Source: Macrostomum hystrix (Eukaryota > Animalia > Platyhelminthes). Taken from it: 64,000 bases of DNA. Shown in pieces: positions 38,801 to 50,800 of this stretch. The notes beneath the pieces are model-generated. The model saw only the letters and a program-made list of their open reading frames with translations, had not been told where the DNA came from and ran no database searches. The stretch spans positions 6,758,001-6,822,000 of the forward strand of contig CATNEN010000025.1 of assembly GCA_950097015.1 (NCBI GenBank). The letters run 5' to 3'. Within the stretch, counting starts at the first letter, position 1; each line of letters begins with the position of its first letter. The translations under genes were made by a program, and so were the position numbers.

Positions 38801-41800
38801 TATTATTATGACTAATTATAATTCGCTCCTCGCCGAATCCGCTATTGCCAATTCCAGCCGATCTGGAGAGACGCCTAGCTGAGAGTTTTCGCGACCTGAC
38901 GGAGATTGAGCAGGACCTGATGATTCTAAACTCACCTGCGCTTAACTCACTGTCCTTTCTGTCCAATCTGCGTGTTATACACGGCCGGCGCTACAATGAT
39001 ATGGGCATAATGAAGTAGGTGAAAATGGTAGTCTATTTGGACTTTATTGTATTTACTTTTATGTTCGTGAGTCTCCGATTTCTCCCATCCCTGACTCTCC
39101 GAATTCTCCCATCCCTGACTCTCCGATTTCTCCCATCCCTGACTCTCAGATTTCTTCCATCTCTGACTCTCCGATTTCTCCTATCCCTGACTCTCAGATT
39201 TCTCCCATCGCTGACTCTCAGATTTCTCTCATCTCTGACTCTCAGATTTCTCCCATCTTTGACTCTCAGATTTCTCCCATCACAGACTCATTGATTTTCC
39301 AATCCTTGACTGTCTTTTTTCTCCTCATCTGACTCACAGACAAATTAATTGCAAACTCCCAGTGTTATTTTTTTCTCCCGTTTCTCCCGCTCTTACTAAA
39401 GCAGCCAGCAGAAGGAGACGGCCACGCTGACAGTTGAGCACACCGACTTTCTTCAATCGCTGTGGAACACAACCAACGGCAGGCGGGTACTTATCGCTCG
39501 CGGCAAAGTTCGCTTCTACATGAATAGGCGCCTGTGCAATCATCACATTCTAGAATTTGTTAAAAACACTCTAAACGTCGTGGATACCGTTGATGTGGCT
39601 CAAGATTTATCTCCGCGCACCAATGGCGACCTGGCATCGTGCATTAATCGCACCTTTGACATTGTGGTCGGCCTAGTCACCTCTCGGGGTGTGATGCTTC
39701 ACTGGCCAATGCTGGAGGTGAAAGACAGCCGATCTCTGCTTGGATATTCAATTTATTACCGCCAAGTCCAGCCAGGTAAAACTGTCCAGTACGCGGATCC
39801 TTCTACCTGCGAAATTCGCAAGTGGCAAACAGTATTCACCACCTGCACTAATCTGTTTGTGCCGGACAACATCATGGCCACCAGCGTCAATACTAAATCC
39901 GGCGTTAAACTCGGTGACGACGGCAAAGTTGAAGGCGTCGACAAGCTGCGCGTCTCCTGTCACCTGTCCAATTGTTCGCAGTGCGTCGGCGACTGTGAGA
40001 GAAAACTGTCACCGCGCCAGTGCCAGTTCATGGTGCCAGTAAGTTTACTTGCGCGCCTATGACTGTGGAGACCCGTTCTGACAACCTTCTCTGACACCCC
40101 AACTCTTCCCCTGACACCCGGACTCTTCTTCTGACACCCCAACTCTTCTCCTGACACCCCAACTCTTCTTCTGACACCCCAACTCTTCACCTGACATCCA
40201 GACTCTTCTTCTGACACCCCAACTCTTCTTCTGACACCCCAAGTCTTGTTAAATCACCTGAACTTGTTGAAGCGCCTATGACTGTGGAGACCCGATCTGA
40301 CAACCTTCCCTGACACCCCAACTCCTCTCCTGACACCCGGACTCTTCTTCTGACACCCCAACTCTTCTCCTGACACCCGGACTCTTCTTCTGACACCCCA
40401 ACTATTCTTCTGACACCCCAACTCTTCTCCTTACACTCGGACTTTTCTTCTGACACCCCAACTCTTCTCCTGACACCCAACTCTTCTTCTGACACCCCAA
40501 GTCTTGTTAAATCACCTGAACTATTCTGTGACACCCCAACTCTTCTCCTGACACCCAACTCTTCTCGGGACACCCCAACTCTTCTCCTGACACCCCAACT
40601 CTTCTCCTGACACCCCAACTCTTCTCCTGACACCCCAACTCTTCTCCTGACACCCCAACTCTTCTCCTGACACCCCAACTCTTCTCCTGACACCCCAACT
40701 CTTCTCCTGACACTCGGACTTTTCTTTTGACACCCACTGTCCTATCTAATACCAGGAAAGAAACTACGAGTATAATTGTGCATTATGCATGTAGCTATTA
40801 TATCAAATTTTCAGGTTCTTATTAGTTTAATTCACAAGCGATGACTCTATCCCTACTCCAATATATCGTTCCCCTCCAGTCACATGACCCGCTTAAAAGT
40901 ACACAGTAGGCTGAGCAAACTTTCCTGGTCCCAACCTGCGAGTCTGGTCTGCTTCTATAAGTGGAAGGGCAGATTGTCTCGATCTCTCATTTGTTTCATT
41001 TTATCAGTAGATAAATTGATCATATATGCTACAAAGTGTTGCATTTTTATGGCCTATAGTTATTATATAGTTAAGTAGCGTGCCTGTTAAATGAGGGTTC
41101 GATATTTGGACTCCACTTCAGTGGAAATTGTACCGACTGACTCCATCTGATAGCGTCTAACTGCATCGCGAGATCGTTAAATGTACTTTTGGCTAGCAAA
41201 TTATGGGATAGAAGTTGTGTACTTTATTTTCTAGTTTCGATCTGCCTTCATTCGTGGCCGAATATTGATCTAGTCTCCGGATCTGTTCTCTTTCTGCACA
41301 GTCAGTCCTACTTATAATAAATCACTAGCTACGAGTAGCCTAATCTTCATTTTACATGCAGTTCTTAGCAGCTCAGACCTATCATTCTGTGGCTTAATAA
41401 TCTTCTCTTCATTCGAATCGCTCACAACTCGCTAGTCACGTCCGAGCCCCACCCCGTCCTAAAAAACCAAGCTGGCGCTTATGAGAATAGCCATCAGTTC
41501 AGTGTGTCTATCTAAAACAAATTTGTATCAGCTTTTCTTTGTTAGATTTATGATTCTTGTTATAGAGTACAGATTAGAACTTATACGAATCTTGCTAGTC
41601 AGTTTATGTCAGATCTAGTCAGATCAGACTAGTCTGACAGCATAGATCACTGTCTTGTTTTACTTATTGTCACCTTGGTTGTCACCTGTCCTCACTGATA
41701 ATCACCTGTACTCACTGATAATCACCTGTCCTCACTGATAATCACCTGTCCTCACTGATAATCACCTGTCCTCACTGATAATCACCTGTCCTCACTGATA

Positions 41801-44800
41801 ATCACCTGTCCTCACTGATAATCACCTGTCCTCACTAATAATCACCTGTCCTCACTGATAATCACCTGTCCTCACTGATAATCACCTGTCCTCACTAATA
41901 ATCACCTGTCCTCACTGATAATACCTTGTCATCGCTGATAATCACCTGTACTTACTGATAACCACCACTCCTCACTGATAATCACATTTCCATACTAATT
42001 GTCACCTGCCGTCACTGATAATCACTGGAACCACCGTGTTTTTTGTGACCGCGTTACCATAGCAACAGCTTCTTAAAATTCGTTCGCAATCCCCATAGGG
42101 CCTGAAGCCGGCCAGCCGCTACGCCATGTTCGTGATGCCCCAGGTGGTGATCGAGCGTCAGCAGGAATACGGCAGCAAGAGTCGGATAATCTACACCGAG
42201 ACTATGCCAACTCAACCGTCGCCGCCGCACGATTTCAGCGTGGAATCCGAGAGCGCCAACGAGATCCGGTTGAAATGGAAGCCGCCTCTAAAGCCAAACG
42301 GCAATGTCACTCACTATCTGCTGCGCTTCAAAGAGATGCCCTCGCATCAGAACAATTTAATCTACGTTGACTACTGCTCAGATAGTGATAACAGACCAAT
42401 TAGTCTGGCTGCACGGGAGCAGCAGCAGCAGCAACAGCAGCAGAACGCCTTGGCCGGAGCCGGCAACGAAGACGCCTCTGGTCGGCGAATGAACTTCACG
42501 ATGGACTGCCAGAAGCACTGCTCGTGTGGAGTGCAGCCCGATCCGCGTCAGCGAGAGGACGTCATCTATTTTGAGGACACACTGTTTAAAATCATCTTCA
42601 CGCGTAGGTAAGTACATGGGGTGTTGAAGGATGTCAGAAGTAGAAATCCCGCGCTATTTTTCTCCCTGGGGAAAAACCATCACTTTTATACTCATCTGTG
42701 TCATTCATGCGGCTTTGATGTTCTCATTTATTTCATTTTTTCCATATTTCCATATTTCCCAGTGCTACAAATATGCCAGAGCAGAGTCTGTTGTTCTCTG
42801 ACTCTCAGAGTAGGCGTGAAGTCATGCGGCTTTCAACGGATTATTATCATTCAAAAGCTCATCTGATAGGCAAAAAACTTTTGGCATACAGAGTTGAGTG
42901 CATTGAATAGAATATTGATGATACTGGTTTTAAATAGAATCGTCACTCAATATAAACGAGTAATCTTAGTGTTTTCTAAAAAACTTTATTAGCTAAGGAA
43001 TACAGTGGTCTTCTAGACAATAAGAATAGGCCATTGTGCTGATCAACTAAAAGCTTATGTGCGACTAGTACACTTGTATTGTATTTTTGCTTCAGGACTT
43101 TACTTACAAAAACAAAGCTGTACTATTAGGCCGTTTCTGTCAGTGTGTCTTTCAGTGTTTTTAGCACACAAAAGAACACATGCTCCACTTAAGCATTCAT
43201 TAATAAAATCTGACGTCATATACAGACGTTAAATTCTGCCAGAATGTTTTTGTGTAACTAGCTAGGTACTAGTGTACTTATGTGATACTAGCGAACTGCA
43301 CTGTTATTAGAATTCTTATATTCTCATTAGAATCGAGTTCTCAGCCCCAAGAGAATCGTTCTCAACCCATGAGAATCGTCCTCAACCCATGAGAGTCGTC
43401 CTCAACACATTAGAGATTTGTCCTGAACCCATGAGAATCGTCCTCAACACATTAGAGATTTGTCCTGAACCCATGAGAATCGTCCTGAGCACATGAGAGA
43501 TTTGTCCTGAACCCATGAGAATCGTCCTGAGCACATGAGAGATTTGTCCTGAACCCATGAGAATCGTCCTGAGCACATGAGAGATTTGTCCTGAACCCAT
43601 GAGAATCGTCCTGAGCACATGAGAGATTTGTCCTGAACCAATGAGAATCGTCCTGAGCACATGAGAGATTTGTCCTGAACCCATGAGAATCGTCCTCAAC
43701 ACACGAGAGATTTGTCCTGAACCCATGAGAATCGTCCTCAACCCATGAGAATCGTGCTGAACCCATATGAGAATCGTCCTCAACCCATATGAGAATCGTG
43801 CTCAACCCATGAGAATCGTGCTCAACCCATGAGAATCGTCCTCAACACATGAGAATCGTCCTCAACCCATGAGAATCGTCCTCAACACATGAGAATCGTC
43901 CTCAACACATGAGAATCGTCCTCAACCCATGAGAATCGTCCTCAACACATGAGAATCGTCCTCAACCCATGAGAATCGTCCTCAACACATGAGAGATTTT
44001 TCCTGAACCCATGAGAATCGTCCTCAACACATGAGAGATTTGTCCTTAACCTATGAGAATCGTCCTCAACACATGAGAGACTTGTCCTGAACCCATGAGA
44101 ATCGTCCTCAACCCATGAGAATCGTCCTCAGCCCATGAGAATCGTCCTCAGCCCATGAGTATCGTGCTCAACCCATGAGAATCGTGCTGAACCCATATGA
44201 GAATCGTCCTCAACCCATGAGAATCGTGCTGAACCCATGAGAATCGTGCTCAACCCATATGAGAATCGTCCTCAACCCATGAGAATCGTGCTGAACCCAT
44301 GAGAATCGTCCTCAACCCATGAGAATCGTTCTGAACCTATTTGAGAATCGTCCTCAGCCCATGAGTATCGTGCTCAACCCATGAGAATCGTGCTGAACCC
44401 ATATGAGAATCGTGCTCAACCATATGAGAATCGTCCTCAACCCATGAGAATCGTGCTGAACCCATGAGAATCGTCCTCAACCCATGAGAATCGTGCTGAA
44501 CCCATGAGAATCGTCCTCAACCCATGAGAATCGTCCTCAGCCCATGAGAATCGTGCTCAACCCATATGAGAATCGTCCTCAACCCATGAGAATCGTCCTC
44601 AACACATGAGAATCGTCCTCAACCCATGAGAATCGTCCTCAACACATGAGAATCGTCCTCAACACATGAGAATCGTCCTCAACACATGAGAGATTTTTCC
44701 TGAACCCATGAGAATCGTCCTCAACACATGAGAGATTTGTCCTTAACCCATGAGAATCGTCCTGAACACATGAGAGATTTGTCCTCAACCCATGAGAATC

Positions 44801-47800
44801 GTCCTCAACACATGAGAGACTTGTCCTGAACCCATGAGAATCGTCCTCAACCCATGAGAATCGTCCTCAGCCCATGAGAATCGTCCTCAGCCCATGAGAA
44901 TCGTGCTCAACCCATGAGAATCGTGCTGAACCCATATGAGAATCGTGCTCAACCATATGAGAATCGTCCTCAACCCATGAGAATCGTTCTGAACCCATAT
45001 GAGAATCGTCCTCAACCCATGAGAATCGTTCTGAACCCATATGAGAATCGTCCTCAACCCATGAGAATCGTTCTGAACCCATATGAGAATCGTCCTCAAC
45101 CCATGAGAATCGTGCTGAACCCATGAGAATCGTGCTCAACCCATATGAGAATCGTCCTCAACCCATGAGAATCGTGCTCAACCCATATGAGAATCGTCCT
45201 CAACCCATGAGAATCGTTCTGAACCTATGTGAGAATCGTCTTCAACCCATGAGAATCGTGCTCAACCCATATGAGAATCGTGCTCAACCCATATGAGAAT
45301 CGTCCTCAACCCATGAGAATCGTTCTGAACCTATTTGAGAATCGTCCTCAACCCATGAGAATCGTGCTCAACCCATGTGAGAATCGTCCTCAACCCATGA
45401 GAATTGTTCTGAGCCTGTATCTATCCGGTCTAAAAAACGCGGCACAGAAGCGTACTGCTTTAATGTTAATATAACTAGTCTGTTCTTTGGTTTAACTAGC
45501 TAGACAATATTGTACTGTACTGACCTTTTAAGCAAACAATCTTACATTGTGTGGATTTTATTGTGTTGGTATTTCTCTAGTCCGGTGACGGTTTTTATAG
45601 ACGATAGAAAATAAACACACAGACGCTGCGTGATTGAACGACTATAAAGCTAGGCTATTTTTAGTGTGCTCAAAAACATTTTTCTACCTGCGTATTACGA
45701 CAGAGTTTGCGTGCTCACCACTAGGAGCAATTAAAAGTACTTGTGTGTAATGCGCGACAACAAAAGCAACAATAACAAGCGAGCATTTTGCACGCAAGCA
45801 CACGCACACACACACCCCTTCCTCACGCTACGTACTCGTATACGAGTATATGTATGAAGTAAATATCTTGTTTGAACTTGTAGCCTAGTGGTTAAGGCGT
45901 CGGACTCACGACTTGAAGGTCGGGGGTTCGATTCCCGACTCTACTGGAACAATTTGTGTCCTTTAGCAAGACACTTAACTCTGCATTGCTTCAGTTCACC
46001 CAGCTGTTAAATGGGAACCAGCATTAGCTGGGATAATTGAAGGTGGGTGTGGCGTCCCCCCAGTCCATGGACTGAACAGCTGTACGCAGCCTTCAGATGC
46101 GCCGCGCATTAGCTGCGGCTGTGCTGTCGGCTGCACATCTGACCCAATTGGGGCAGGTGTAATCAATTATAATTATTATTATTGAACTTGTACAATCTAT
46201 TAATGCGTAGCGTGAGTACTGAATTTTTCGTCAGGAAGTCGTGGCCATACTACTTAATAAAATGCTACTACTTTAATCTATTTATCATTTTATTCTATGC
46301 ATTTATATGTATTTATTGTTATTTTGTGAACTGGAAATAACAAAAATTTAAGCAGTCCTGAGCTAGTGCAGTGCAGTGCAATACAAAATTTTTTTCAAGT
46401 GTGAAGTTCAAAGTTCACTTTTTGCCTACCGTTTAGTTGATTCTTCAATAGTTGTCATTCTGTATTTTTTTAGAGTTTTTTAAGAAGCAGTTGACAAAAT
46501 AAACTTGGGTTAAAGATTAGTACAGCTAAGTGGTGACGTCTGTTTGTTCCCATGGAAATTAACCTCAACACCATGAGAATCGTCCTCCAACCCGATGAGA
46601 ATCGTCCTCCAACCCGATGAGAATCGTCCTCCAACACCATGAGAATCGTCCTCTAACCCGATGAGAATCGTCCTCCAACTCGATGAGAATCGTCCTCCAA
46701 CCTCATGAGAATCGTCCTCCAACCCGATGAGAATCGTCCTCCAACCTCATGAGAATCGTCCTCCAACCTCATGAGAATCGTCCTCCAACCCGATGAGAAT
46801 CGTCCCCAACCTAATGAGAATCGTCCCTAACCCGATGAGAATCGTCCCCGCCTCAATGAGAATCGTCCCCACCTCAATGAGAATCGTCCTCCAACCTCAT
46901 GAGAATCGTCCTCCAACTCGATGAGAATCGTCCTCCAACCTCATGAGAATCGTCCTCCAACCCGATGAGAATCGTCCTCCAACCTCATGAGAATCGTCCT
47001 CCAACCTCATGAGAATCGTCCTCCAACCCGATGAGAATCGTCCTCCAACCTCATGAGAATCGTCCTCCAACCCGATGAGAATCGTCCCCAACCTAATGAG
47101 AATCGTCCCTAACCCGATGAGAATCGTCCTCGCCTCAATGAGAATCGTCCCCACCTCAATGAGAATCGTCCTCCAACCTCATGAGAATCGTCCTCCAACT
47201 CGATGAGAATCGTCCTCCAACCTCATGAGAATCGTCCTCCAACCCGATGAGAATCGTCCTCCAACCTCATGAGAATCGTCCTCCAACCTCATGAGAATCG
47301 TCCTCCAACCTCATGAGAATCGTCCTCCAACCCGATGAGGGTCGTCCTCCAACCCATGAGAATCGTTCTGAACCCATATGAGAATCTCATGAGAATCGTC
47401 CCCAACCCAATAAGAATCGTCCCCAACCCTATGAGAATCGTCCCCACCTCAATGAGAATCGTCCCCGCCTCAATGAGAATCGTCCCCGCCTCAATGAGAA
47501 TCGTCCCCAACCCGATGAGAATCGTCCCCAACCCGATGAGAATCGTCCCCAACCCAATGAGAATCGTCCCTAACCCGATGAGAATCGTCCCCGCCTCAAT
47601 GAGAATCGTCCCCACCTCAATGAGAATCGTCCCCAACCCAATGAGAATCGTCCCCAACCCGATGAGAATCGTCCTCCAACCCAATGAGAATCGTCCCCAC
47701 CTCAATGAGAATCGTCCTCCAACCTCATGAGAATCGTCCTCCAACTCGATGAGAATCGTCCTCCAACCTCATGAGAATCGTCCTCCAACCCGATGAGAAT

Positions 47801-50800
47801 CGTCCTCCAACCTCATGAGAATCGTCCTCCAACCTCATGAGAATCGTCCTCCAACCCGATGAGAATCGTCCTCCAACCTCATGAGAATCGTCCTCCAACC
47901 CGATGAGGGTCGTCCTCCAACCCATGAGAATCGTTCTGAACCCATATGAGAATCTCATGAGAATCGTCCCCAACCCAATAAGAATCGTCCCCAACCCTAT
48001 GAGAATCGTCCCCACCTCAATGAGAATCGTCCCCGCCTCAATGAGAATCGTCCCCAACCCGATGAGAATCGTCCCCAACCCGATGAGAATCGTCCCCAAC
48101 CCAATGAGAATCGTCCCTAACCCGATGAGAATCGTCCCCGCCTCAATGAGAATCGTCCCCACCTCAATGAGAATCGTCCCCAACCCAATGAGAATCGTCC
48201 CCAACCCGATGAGAATCGTCCCCAACCCAATGAGAATCGTCCCCAACCCGATGAGAATCGTCCCCATCTCGATGAAAATCGTCCCCAACCTGATGAGAAT
48301 AGTCTTCTACCCATTGAGAATCGTCCCCAACCCGGTTAGAATCGTACTCAAGTCCATCTACATTACCTCTAATTGATTAAGCATCGAAACCAACCCAATC
48401 GCAGCGATATGGACAATCCAGTGTTTTCTTGCTCTTTATCTGGCGTGCCATGCAATTTTTCGCCATTCGAGTACGACCAGCTGTCGCAAGACTTGCGGCT
48501 CACAAATTGCGTCTTTTATTTTGGCGACGACCATTGTCAAAAACTGTTTAATAAGTAGATCTACGGTTACTTGTTCGCACTTTTATTGACATTAATTCAG
48601 ATCAAAGAGATTTTAAGTCTGCACTACTTTCGCATTTGTGATAGATATGCCCTCTGTTTAACTAGAAGTTTTGTTATGGTACATCAACTATTATCTATGT
48701 ACTATGCTTTTATTGAGCCGTCGTTTTTTAGAACTGCATGTACGATCTAAAAGCTACAATCAGCAATATGCCTTATTTCTTTAAGTAGGAATTTGCCAAC
48801 CTCGGACCACAAAGCTGTCTCATCTCTCCCATGTCTCATCTTTCCCATGTCTCATCTCTCCCATGTCTCATCTCTCCCGTCTCATCTCTTCCATCTTATC
48901 TTCCCCCTGTCTCATCTTTCCCATGTCTCATCTCTCCCATGTCTCATCTTTCCCATGTCTCATCTCTCCCATGTCTCATCTCTCCCATGTCTCATCTCTC
49001 CCATGTCTCATCTCTCCCATGTCTCATCTCTCCCATGTCTCATCGTTCCCATGTCTCATCTCTCCCATGTCTCATCTCTCCCATGTCTCATCTTTCCCAT
49101 GTCTCATCTTTCCCATGTCTCATCTCTCCCATGTCTCATCTTTCCCATGTCTCATCTCTCCCATGTCTCATCTCTCCCATGTCTCATCTCTCCCATGTCT
49201 CATCTCTCCCATGTCTCATCTCTCCCATGTCTCATCTCTCCCATGTCTCATCTTTCCCATGTCTCATCTCTCCCATGTCTCATCTCTCCCATGTCTCATC
49301 TCTCCCATGTCTCATCTCTCCCATGTCTCATCTTTCCCATGTCTCATCTCTCCCATGTCTCATCTTTCCCATGTCTCATCTCTCCCATGTCTCATCTCTC
49401 CCGTCTCATCTCTTCCATCTTATCTTCCCCCTGTCTCATCTTTCCCATGTCTCATCTCTCCCATGTCTCATCGTTCCCATGTCTCATCTCTCCCATGTCT
49501 CATCTCTCCCATGTCTCATCTTTCCCATGTCTCATCTCTCCCATGTCTCATCTTTCCCATGTCTCATCTCTCCCATGTCTCATCTCTCCCATGTCTCATC
49601 TTTCCCATGTCTCATCTCTCCCATGTCTCATCTCTCCCATGTCTCATCTCTCCCATGTCTCATCTCTCCCATGTCTCATCTTTCCCATGTCTCATCTCTC
49701 CCATGTCTCATCTTTCCCATGTCTCATCTTTCCCATGTCTCATCTCTCCCATGTCTCATCTCTCCCATGTCTCATCGTTCCCATGTCTCATCTCTCCCAT
49801 GTCTCATCTCTCCCATGTCTCATCTCTTCCATCTCATCTCTTCCCTCTTCTTATCTCTTCGTTCACTCATCTCTACCCTGTTTTATCTCTCCCTGCTTCA
49901 CCTCTCCTGTCTCATTTCGCCCCTGTCTCATCTCTGTCAATCCGACCCGATTGTCATATCTTGAATTGTCATCTTGGCCCGCGAGTCATGTAAGTTTTGT
50001 CCTTGCATCAGTTCATCCCCTGAGAAAAGAGTTTTAACACAGTGGAGTGCACGATCTGAGAAACATTCGGTTTTCTTCATTTCCAGAATTTTCCCACTGA
50101 AGATGGAGTCACATTTGTAATGTAACAGGCTTATTTTAATTGTTTGCCAATGTTTTTTAAATTGCTTGATGAGTTTCACTTGACACTTGACAGTAAAAAA
50201 GTGTCCCAACTTCATTTTTTCCACAGGCCCTCATTGTCGGACGATGCGGGATTAAAAATCAAAATCGAGGATTTGAAACAGCCGCGCTGGCTGACCAACT
50301 CCAGCGGGGTCGGTCGGACCCGACAGTCGGCCTCCACTGCCGCCTCTGCTTCTGCCAACCAGGAGGAGCGATGGATTCAGTCTTCAACGGCGGCGACAAC
50401 AGCTGCTCCGACTACAACAGCGCCGGTTACTAGCGCGTCGCCAACCGCTTCTACAATGAAGGCAATCCCCCAAGCTACTCCGCTACCAGCTCCTGGCTGC
50501 GACAATGAACAATGCCCCAGGAACATTGTTAAACAGTTGGAAACAGCTAGCGACAATCGGCGCTGGATTGATGGCTATGTGACTGTACGAGGCACATCCT
50601 ACACTGTCACTAATCTGAAGCACTTCACTCACTATGAACTGTCGGTGAGTGAGATCAATCTCTGTATGTCTTATGACATCTCAAATACTTTGCTCTGAGA
50701 TTTGGGTTTTATTCCCCAAAAACTATGCTTGCTTCTTATCATGAAAGGGTGAAATTTAGATTTCGTTCTCAATCATGATCGGATGAGATTTTGATGTTCT

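Noticed and set aside
45878-45945. tRNA gene
   Set aside because: A/B boxes are present, but there is no closed acceptor stem and it is fused to a repeated SINE body. The same applies at 12030, 32179 and 38468.
43382-50037. Repetitive ORFs (MRIVLNP, GTILIGL, PMSHLSHV)
   Set aside because: Minisatellite translations. The exception is 48405-48554, which is unique sequence and reported above.
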